Source: Kiritimatiellia bacterium
GTDB taxonomy: Bacteria; Verrucomicrobiota; Kiritimatiellia; RFP12; UBA1067
Length of the DNA stretch: 64,000 nt
Direction: 5' to 3'
NCBI GenBank assembly: GCA_017628025.1
Contig: JAGBZX010000006.1
Coordinates: forward strand, 3,433-67,432
The stretch's first letter is position 1; the number at the start of each line of letters is the position of its first letter. A program made the translations under genes and the position numbers. This document shows, piece by piece, positions 53,360 to 60,659 of this stretch. Below the pieces are notes generated by a model. That model saw only the letters and a program-made list of their open reading frames with translations. It was not told the DNA's origin and made no database searches.

Positions 53360-53750
53360 TCGGAAAGGCAAGGTGGCGAGGTGGCAAGGTGAAGAGAGGA
53401 TAGTTTGAGTGAGGGAGTTAGGGAGTGCAAGGTGAAGACTAAAGGTGAAGGTGAACAATGGAGAGTTAAAAGTTTGAGTTCGAGAGCGGAATAGTAAAAA
53501 AACGTACATTCTCTAACTCGAAACTCCAACTAATCTTAATCTTGTTTTTATTTCTTTGCTTTCGCTTCTTGGAGATTTGGAGTTTTGGAGGGATTGCGCA
53601 AGGCGGTAATGAAATCCACTCTTCACCTTCGCCTTCACCTCAAACTTTCTAAACCTCCTTAACCTAACTCAAGCTTTGCGTAAATCTCCAATTCTACTCT
53701 CCAACTCCCTCACTTCATCACTCATAACTCTCAACTCATAACTAGCCCCT
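53360..53750. repeat. approximately 390-bp imperfect, strand-asymmetric palindrome built from short words (GGTGAAG, GAGTT, GAGGGAG, AAAGTTTGAG)
   Basis: The plus strand is purine-rich and nearly C-free at 53365-53500 and pyrimidine-rich at 53608-53745. The reverse complement of the right arm is roughly collinear with the left arm (shared gtgagggagtt, aaagtttgag, ggtgaagg blocks). A nested inner pair lies at 53508-53530 / 53568-53592 around an AT-rich centre near 53550. Confidence 0.75.
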
Positions 53751-53761
53751 GAGCATCCTGT

Positions 53762-54718
53762 CTATTTCCAGCTGACCGTGCCGCTCTCGGAGATGCTCAC
53801 TTCGCGGAAGAAGTCAATGAGGTAGCTCTTGGCGCAGTGTCCATATGGATAGCCCGCAAACACAGGGCAGTCGAGCGTCTGCGCATAGACCGGCAGAAAG
53901 GCATCGAGCGCCTTGCGCTCCTCGCCTGCGTGGCGGAAATCCGCGAACACGACTGCGGCGGCATCCCTCAGGTAGCCGCTGTCGCGCATCGTCTCGAGGA
54001 ACTTCTTCAGGTCAGCCGCCGGATAGTGCGCCGTGCACTCGATGAACACCACCCTTCCCGCCGCAGAAGGCGCGAACTTCGTGGCGGTGGCGAGCCTGTG
54101 CACCCTTTCGAGGTGTCCGCCCATTGGCAGACCCTTCGCCGCGCCCGCCTTGAGCACCTTCACCTTCACTGGCTTGAGTGGCGCGCCTTCGAGCATCGCC
54201 CTGAACCACTTGGCGGAGGCCGCGTCCCATTGCGAAAACGACGAGATCATCGACCCAGAATACGGATGCCCCGCCTTCTGCGAAAGCATCGTGTTCACGA
54301 TAAGCGTTATGTCGCTGAATCCGACGACGCGCATCTCGCGCGAACGAAGCTTCTCCCAGTCAATCTTGCCAATAAGGTCGATGGCGCCCGACCCGCCGCG
54401 TGCCATGACGATGATGTCCACCTCTGGATCCAGCCACATCTTCTCGAAGTCCTTCACGCGGTCCTCGGCCGCCGCCCGCTCCTTCACGCGCACGAAGTCG
54501 CCGAGCTTCACCTTGTACCCGGCCTCCTCGAGCATCTGCACGCCCCTGTCGAGCATCCGGCGCTCCGGCACCGACGCCGGCGCCAGGATTCCCACCGTCT
54601 TCACGTCCTCGGGGAACAGCCCCTTCACGGACGACAATCTTCTCGCGGCGGGCTTGTCCGCTCCCATCGCAGTGCAGCAAAGCACCGCCCCGTACACCAA
54701 ACCTATCAACTTGACCAC
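53762..54718 (-). CDS. LD-carboxypeptidase / MccF-like serine peptidase (S66), apparently with signal peptide
   Basis: 318 aa with VGILAPAS, nucleophile motif GFSDIT and GYPYGH. The GTG start (54716-54718, AGGGG 10 nt upstream) gives a hydrophobic N-terminus VKLIGLVYGAVLCCTAMGA. About 62% GC. Confidence 0.8.
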   Translation of the reverse strand: MVKLIGLVYGAVLCCTAMGADKPAARRLSSVKGLFPEDVKTVGILAPASVPERRMLDRGVQMLEEAGYKVKLGDFVRVKERAAAEDRVKDFEKMWLDPEVDIIVMARGGSGAIDLIGKIDWEKLRSREMRVVGFSDITLIVNTMLSQKAGHPYSGSMISSFSQWDAASAKWFRAMLEGAPLKPVKVKVLKAGAAKGLPMGGHLERVHRLATATKFAPSAAGRVVFIECTAHYPAADLKKFLETMRDSGYLRDAAAVVFADFRHAGEERKALDAFLPVYAQTLDCPVFAGYPYGHCAKSYLIDFFREVSISESGTVSWK

Positions 54719-54748
54719 TGACTACTGACCCCTAAGGACCATTAAGGA

Positions 54749-57700
54749 CTATCTCACCGTAAGAATGAATCCGCCGCGGTACCACTCTATTCCACCAAGT
54801 TCTCCGCCTGTATTTATCTTGCCTGACGAAACTCTCGATGCATAATCGCCGCCAGTCCAACCTTTGCCGTCGTTATGAGAAAGCGACATTACACGAATTT
54901 TAGTGTTATAGAAATAAAAATAAGAATCGGACGATTCAAAAATAATATCTTTAACTTTCATGATTGCGCCGTCGCCAAACGACGATCCATCGTTAATCAT
55001 GCGTACATAAGCGCCCGATCCAATAACAAGCGTCGCTTTTTTGTAAGCAACCCTTGGATCACCGTCTGCCACCATCGGCAGCTGAGTAAGCCCTGTGCCA
55101 TAATTTGTATAGATGTACTGCCTGCCCTCGATGTAGATCGTGCCACCGTGGTGGCCGTCGCCAGGGAGTTCCTTGTAGATTGTACCGCCATGTGTGCCGT
55201 CGTTGTCGTTGTTCTGCGTTGTGATCGTAAGCGACGCAGAAGGAGACCAATCCGCCCCGGTGCGCTGGTAGATGGCGATTCTCCCCGCTCCGCCCTTCCA
55301 GCAGGTAAGCGGCTTTGTCGAAGATGTGGGGGCCGGTGCGGCAGTCACAAGGCCAGAGCCCTTCAGTGTCCCGACCTTGAGGCAGATCGCGCCAGGGGCA
55401 CCACATGCATTTGTGCCGCGATGCGAGCGCACGTTTATCTCCCCGTCAACCGTGAGGTCGCCGACGACATCGAGATATACCGCTCCCGCGCCGCCGCTCG
55501 CTCCGCCGGCGCCAGGTAGTATCGGCTCAAAGATGGAGTCGTTGCACGGCACATAGGTGCTGTTATATGAAATCGTACTGCCGTGCCCGCCACCGTTGGT
55601 GTTGCCGGCATTGTTCTTGGTGTTGTTCTTCGGCCCATACTGCGACTCAAAGCCAAGGCCAGAGAGTGCAATCTTCGCCCCTGCATCAATAGCCATGTCA
55701 CCGCCTACGGTCATGTAGATCCTGTACGAGAAGGATTTGCCGTTCGACGCGTGTTTCATCTCAGAGCCGCTCTGCATCCAGACATTGCCGCCAACGGCAT
55801 TAGGAGTATTCATGGAGCTCAAGGTTGCCGTCGCGCCGTTGCACAGGACGAAGTCCCCCGACATCGAAATCGGATATGCGGAGGTCAATGCCGCCTTGCC
55901 GCCATCCGCACCACCAAGGGTAATCGAACGGACGTTCACGTTTGCCGTCGAGCCGACAGTCACAGTGACAGTGCCTGACGTGGGGGCGATATAGACCTCG
56001 TCGTTCTCGCCGGGGACCTCGCCCGTCGACCAGTTCTCGGCCGTTCCCCAGCTGCCGCTGCCAGGCGCGATCCACTCCACGATGTTGCAGCCGAAGTTCC
56101 AGTTCTTGGTGTTGCTGCCAGTGCCGGTAGCCTTCACCTCCGCGCCGCTCAAGGCGTCGCTGTCGCTCACGGTCACGTTGCGGACGCGCTGCCTTGCCGT
56201 AAGGGCGAGCGCCCACTGCTCGCCGGGAACCGTGCTTCGTAGGATGTGCGGGTCATTCCCGCGAGACTCGATGTTGCACTGCGCGAACCCGAACTCCTCG
56301 CCGGCGCCGAAGGCGAACGTAATCGCGTCTGGAACAACGCAGTAGAACTTGTCCGCCACAAATCCGGTCGGGAGCGTCAAAGTGCCGCCCGCCTTCTCGA
56401 CATAGACGTTCTCCGCCGTCCCCGAGGCAATGTCAAGTACAGTGTCGCCGTCGCCAAACACCCCGATCCTGTTGCCGCCGTAAACTATCGTTCCGGCCGA
56501 ATAGAAGGCGTTCGAAACGAGGAGACTGGAGCCGCTGAGCGTAATTGTCGCCCCCGCCTCGTTCGTAATGGAACACATGTAATAGTCCGCGCCCTCGAAC
56601 ACGGGGTAGTTGGCAAGCCCGGACGGGATCCGCAGGCGATCGCCGTTACGGGGCGCGATGCCGACATCCCAGTTGGCGGGATTGTTCCAGCGCGTGTCAG
56701 AGCCGCCGGTCCACGTAAACAACGTGCCTTCGGGTATCTCGCCCGAAATGAAGCCCCAGTTGTCGTTGCCGCCGAGATTCGCTGAGCGAAGCGCGGTCGG
56801 CGAAACGCCGGTGGCAAGGCTGTTGCTGACCGCAACGTACTCGAAGTTCGCGAGATCTGCATACGGGCCCACGATGTTCATTGTCCACGTGCCGTTCGGC
56901 GTATCAGGCTGGAGGATAAGAGGCTTCTCCTCCGTTCCGCGAAACTCGACGGACCCGTTCTCGAGGTTGCGAATCTCTGAGCCCGCGGCAAACGAAATCG
57001 TCGCGCCCGGCGAGTTCGTGCAGAAGATGCTGTATGCCTTTACAAGCCCCTCGACGGAGAACGAGCCGTCTTCGCCGGGCATTATCTCGATCGCGCCGCC
57101 ACCCGCGACAGTGTGGAAGTCGCCATTGCCCGTCACACTTATGCCCTTCTCGACCTTGAGCGTGACGCCCGATGGGATTTCAAGGCGAGCGTAGTTCTTC
57201 ACTGAGACCTTGCCGAACGGCACATCTATGTCGACTATGGCGTCGTCGAGGCGGCACGCCATTCCCGCATAGGCGGAAATAGAGTCATAGCCCTGGGCAA
57301 TCAACTCGCCCCTGTCCTCGGCGTCGTTCGCGTTCTCGACATAGATCGATCCAACAGAATGATAGCCGTTGTATTGCTCGCTCAGCACGGGATTGCGCCC
57401 GGCGCGCATTAGCCCGGTGTACGCCGAAATGTCGTTCGCGACATACTGCCTCACGGCTATTCGCCCACCGCCGCCGTGCGAATAGTTCGTTGCCCTGCCG
57501 GCGCATGCGTTGATTTCGCCATACCCGACAAGCGTTCCGCACTCAATCCAGACGCTTCCGCCAGCAGGAGAGGAATGGGTAGTGTTGCCGCCGTTTGCGG
57601 AGACAGATCCGTTCAGCGTAAAGGTCCCGTTCGTGGCCGAGATGTGCACTACGCCGCCGCCGTAGTTGTAGGAGCCGCTGTATCCGCCGCCGCTTCCAGG

Positions 57701-60532
57701 CTCGTCTGGGCGGCGGATGGACCCAAAGCACTTCCTCGGGGAAATGGCGTATGTCGACGACGAATAGCCGCCCTGCGACGTGCCGCCATACCCCGCTCCC
57801 ATGTATGCAGTACCTTCAGCAGGCATTGGCCCCATGCCGTAGTAGTAGCCCTTCGCAGTCACGTTGATCGACGCGCCCTCTTCTATCGTCACGTCCCCAC
57901 CGACTTCGAGGTTAAGCGCATACTTCTTTGCGTTGTCGGCGGTGCCGTGGCATGTGTGCGTAAGCGTTGCCCCCTCGCGCAGGATGACGTCGCCGGAGAC
58001 TTTGTTCGTGGCGAGGCCGCAGGCGAACTCAATCGCAATTGAGCCCTCGCCGGGGCCGAAGCCGACTTCAAGCCCTGCAAGTTCAAGCGCATTCGTCACG
58101 TTGACCGTCACACTCACGCCTTCTGGCGGGCGCGTGACTACGACTGCGCTTCCGGGAGAGGGAAGTATGCCGCCCTGCCAGTAGGTCTCGTCGTAGAAAT
58201 CGACTATGCTGGAGGTCTCGCACGTGAAAATGCAGTCGGAGGCGCCGCCGAAACGCGCGCTGAACGAAGCGGGCGAATCGACCTCGAACGAAAACTCGTC
58301 TTCAAAGATGTCGCCGACGAGCGAGATATCGCCTTCCCACTGCGTGAAGCGGCCCTGTGCGGTAGGAACCGCCGTCACCGTCAGCATAGCGCCGTCATCT
58401 TGCCAGCCATTGCCGGTAACAGATCCGAGAAACGCGTCGGAGGAAACAACGGAGATGTACGACTGCGTCTTCCAGTGCCACGAGAGGACACCGAAGCCCG
58501 AGGGCGTCACAATGCAGGTGGTGTCGTCCTCGCCGGAGATTGGCGTTGTCGAATCACGCACGACGACGCCATCCATCGAAAGCGTCCATCCGGTGCAGAC
58601 CGCCCTTCTCCCTTCCGAGATGACGACTGTGGCGGGCGCGGTGTACGTCTTCGGCGTCCCCGCGACAACGTCATCGTCATATCCGTACGCAATCTCGCCG
58701 GAGCCGTATTCAACACCCGCGTCAGTCACCACCTGGACGACGGTCGAAAGCGCCGTTGAGCCGTCTACCCTTATGAAGTTTGCGTTGTTCATCGAGTCGT
58801 ATTCGGCCTTGACCCACTTGGCAGACCGTGGGATGCGCGTAATGCGGGCTTCGTCTACCTGAAGAGGCATCGCCTCCCCGCCAAACTTGAACGCAGCAGA
58901 CGCCTTCCCTATCGAATCATATGGTTTAGAGATGGTGTTTGTGCTTTTGCTTGCACCGTTAACATACGCCGCTATAGTATTGTTGGCGGCAACATAGACC
59001 AGATAGTTCCAGTTGGCGACAAAGCTCGGACAGCTGTCTGCATTAAGGGCGGCGGAACTGCTGGCCTTGCTGTTGCCATAGTATAGCTTCATGTAGTTGA
59101 CTCTTGTGTCGTATATCTGCTCGACGTAACCGCATCTCAGGGATGCGCTCCCGTAGTTGGCAAACTTGCGCATGATGCTGTTGTAGGACCCTACGCCATC
59201 CGGCTTCTTGAACCAGCAGGAGATGGTCAGGCTGTCGGGGAGCCCGTTCGTCGGGTGGATCATGTAGTCGTCGTAGTTTGCGCCTTCAAGCCCGCGGGTG
59301 AGGTGCAATGCATTGCCGCAGAACGGGGAGTTTGTCAGGGTCGTCACGGAATACCCGGTCGTGGAGTTGTAGATGTTCGTCACGTTCCAGCCGTGCCCCG
59401 TCTCGTCCGCGACACCCGTCTCGGGGTCGTAGGAATTCATGTGCCAGACGCCAACGTATTCCGACCAGACCTCTGTCGAAGCAGGCCTCGCGGCAGCGAC
59501 GCCGGAACCCCAGAACATGTAAAACTTCGTGTCCGTTCCGGAAATCTCGGGCATCTTCACCCAGACGAGCGAGGTGCCGTCCGTATCCCAAAGCTCGATG
59601 TCGCAGGCAAGACGGTTGAGGCCGTCTGCGTCAGTGGCGAAAAAGACGTCCGCGCCGCCCGCAAGGCACTTCGAATAGCTGAATGCGGTTATCGTCTCGG
59701 GCGAAACCCTCACGAGCACAGGCAACCTCTTCTGCACTTCATCGCCGCCCGCATAGCCCGCAACGGTAAGCTCCGTCCTGAATCCGGCCTCGGGCATCGT
59801 GGTTGTCGGGTACACGCTCGATGTCCTCGGGCCCGCCTTGAAAGGGCGGTCGCCGAGGCTGCCGTAGAAGACTTCATTCTCAGTGTCAAACATGCCGACC
59901 GCGCCGTCTGAATCGCGAATGGCCGGCACAAAGTTGCGGTAGTAGGAGCTGTCGGAGCTCTTTTGTATAGTAAAGCCGTAGATCATGAGCGCCGCCTTGA
60001 TATACGAGGCAGACCCCCCATTTGGTCCGCTCATCCACGCGATGTAGATGTTGTTTGTCGAAGTATACGTCTTTGCAGACAGAGTGGAAAGACCCAGGGA
60101 TGTCGAGCCGCCTACGGAAAACGTGCCGTTGTTGCACTTCCATATCATGCGGCTGTGCAGATTGCGGCCAGTGCCTATTCCAATGCTGGTGGAAGATCCG
60201 GTGGTGTAGTTGCCCAATTTGTTGTAATGAAAGCGCATCACGTTCCATTTCTCGCCATTCTGCCTTGTCGTGATGGCAACCGGGTTTACGTTGTGCCCAT
60301 CGTCAGCGCCTCCGAAAAGGGCCTGTTTAGGGTCGTTGCTCAGAAGCCGCATGTCGGCCGAGACTATAAGCCCGGACTGCGCCTTGATACCCGTGTCGAT
60401 GTATTGATGGCCGTTCGACTCGATCCACTCAAGCTGGGTATAGCCAGTTGGCAGGTCCGCAAACGCGGCAAAACCGAGAAAAACAAACACACCAGCAATG
60501 ACTGCCGCCATCTTTCCAATAAGACTCTTCAT
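54749..60532 (-). CDS. giant secreted multi-domain surface protein (lectin-like jelly-roll, DUF2341-like, LamG, B-repeat-like, Gly-rich beta-helix modules)
   Basis: 1927 aa, ATG start, signal peptide MKSLIGKMAAVIAGVFVFLGFAAFA. Domains by aa position: 26-235 YTQLEWIESNGHQYIDTG ... FVPAIR..GMFD..FYG module; 250-345 DUF2341-like (LPVLVRVS ... DIELWDTDGTSLVWVKMP ... FYMFWGS); 355-590 LamG-like (LTISCWFK ... RSAKWVKAEYDS). There are two 185-200 aa Gly-rich modules ending in GGGGRIAVRQY and GGAGRIAIYQR. Confidence 0.85.
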   Translation of the reverse strand: MKSLIGKMAAVIAGVFVFLGFAAFADLPTGYTQLEWIESNGHQYIDTGIKAQSGLIVSADMRLLSNDPKQALFGGADDGHNVNPVAITTRQNGEKWNVMRFHYNKLGNYTTGSSTSIGIGTGRNLHSRMIWKCNNGTFSVGGSTSLGLSTLSAKTYTSTNNIYIAWMSGPNGGSASYIKAALMIYGFTIQKSSDSSYYRNFVPAIRDSDGAVGMFDTENEVFYGSLGDRPFKAGPRTSSVYPTTTMPEAGFRTELTVAGYAGGDEVQKRLPVLVRVSPETITAFSYSKCLAGGADVFFATDADGLNRLACDIELWDTDGTSLVWVKMPEISGTDTKFYMFWGSGVAAARPASTEVWSEYVGVWHMNSYDPETGVADETGHGWNVTNIYNSTTGYSVTTLTNSPFCGNALHLTRGLEGANYDDYMIHPTNGLPDSLTISCWFKKPDGVGSYNSIMRKFANYGSASLRCGYVEQIYDTRVNYMKLYYGNSKASSSAALNADSCPSFVANWNYLVYVAANNTIAAYVNGASKSTNTISKPYDSIGKASAAFKFGGEAMPLQVDEARITRIPRSAKWVKAEYDSMNNANFIRVDGSTALSTVVQVVTDAGVEYGSGEIAYGYDDDVVAGTPKTYTAPATVVISEGRRAVCTGWTLSMDGVVVRDSTTPISGEDDTTCIVTPSGFGVLSWHWKTQSYISVVSSDAFLGSVTGNGWQDDGAMLTVTAVPTAQGRFTQWEGDISLVGDIFEDEFSFEVDSPASFSARFGGASDCIFTCETSSIVDFYDETYWQGGILPSPGSAVVVTRPPEGVSVTVNVTNALELAGLEVGFGPGEGSIAIEFACGLATNKVSGDVILREGATLTHTCHGTADNAKKYALNLEVGGDVTIEEGASINVTAKGYYYGMGPMPAEGTAYMGAGYGGTSQGGYSSSTYAISPRKCFGSIRRPDEPGSGGGYSGSYNYGGGVVHISATNGTFTLNGSVSANGGNTTHSSPAGGSVWIECGTLVGYGEINACAGRATNYSHGGGGRIAVRQYVANDISAYTGLMRAGRNPVLSEQYNGYHSVGSIYVENANDAEDRGELIAQGYDSISAYAGMACRLDDAIVDIDVPFGKVSVKNYARLEIPSGVTLKVEKGISVTGNGDFHTVAGGGAIEIMPGEDGSFSVEGLVKAYSIFCTNSPGATISFAAGSEIRNLENGSVEFRGTEEKPLILQPDTPNGTWTMNIVGPYADLANFEYVAVSNSLATGVSPTALRSANLGGNDNWGFISGEIPEGTLFTWTGGSDTRWNNPANWDVGIAPRNGDRLRIPSGLANYPVFEGADYYMCSITNEAGATITLSGSSLLVSNAFYSAGTIVYGGNRIGVFGDGDTVLDIASGTAENVYVEKAGGTLTLPTGFVADKFYCVVPDAITFAFGAGEEFGFAQCNIESRGNDPHILRSTVPGEQWALALTARQRVRNVTVSDSDALSGAEVKATGTGSNTKNWNFGCNIVEWIAPGSGSWGTAENWSTGEVPGENDEVYIAPTSGTVTVTVGSTANVNVRSITLGGADGGKAALTSAYPISMSGDFVLCNGATATLSSMNTPNAVGGNVWMQSGSEMKHASNGKSFSYRIYMTVGGDMAIDAGAKIALSGLGFESQYGPKNNTKNNAGNTNGGGHGSTISYNSTYVPCNDSIFEPILPGAGGASGGAGAVYLDVVGDLTVDGEINVRSHRGTNACGAPGAICLKVGTLKGSGLVTAAPAPTSSTKPLTCWKGGAGRIAIYQRTGADWSPSASLTITTQNNDNDGTHGGTIYKELPGDGHHGGTIYIEGRQYIYTNYGTGLTQLPMVADGDPRVAYKKATLVIGSGAYVRMINDGSSFGDGAIMKVKDIIFESSDSYFYFYNTKIRVMSLSHNDGKGWTGGDYASRVSSGKINTGGELGGIEWYRGGFILTVR

Positions 60533-60569
60533 GCCTACACCATGCCTCCTATCGACTATATTTTAAGCA

Positions 60570-60598
60570 ATTATATACAATTTTGCGCAGGAAGTCAA
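60570..60598 (-). promoter_or_regulatory. consensus sigma70 promoter TTGACT-N17-TATAAT for the 1927-aa gene
   Basis: The minus strand has TTGACT at 60593-60598 and TATAAT at 60570-60575 with a 17-nt spacer, in an AT-rich patch of the 127-nt intergenic region. GGAGG lies downstream. Confidence 0.6.
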
Positions 60599-60659
60599 CC
60601 AAAAAGCCAGAAAAGGCAGTGTCGCAAACCGCCCAACTACCTAACCACCAGGCTGCGAC

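Noticed and set aside
53297-53529. Two overlapping 70-71 aa minus-strand ORFs inside the palindrome's left arm
   Set aside because: They are translations of biased low-complexity DNA (Leu/Ser/Thr/Phe-rich) with no ribosome-binding site. Both frames are open simply because the strand lacks stop-forming purines.
53360-53750. Possible CRISPR array or tandem-repeat locus
   Set aside because: The repeated words are only 7-10 nt, irregularly spaced and present in inverted orientation in the second half. There are no 25-40 nt repeats alternating with unique spacers, and no cas genes.
53837-54721. 294-aa plus-strand ORF (and 53845-54045, 54033-54728, 54360-54680 and others) overlapping the S66 peptidase gene
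   Set aside because: These are Arg/Pro/His-rich translations typical of antisense or off-frame ORFs in high-GC DNA. The minus-strand frame carries clear S66 motifs (GFSDIT, GYPYGH).
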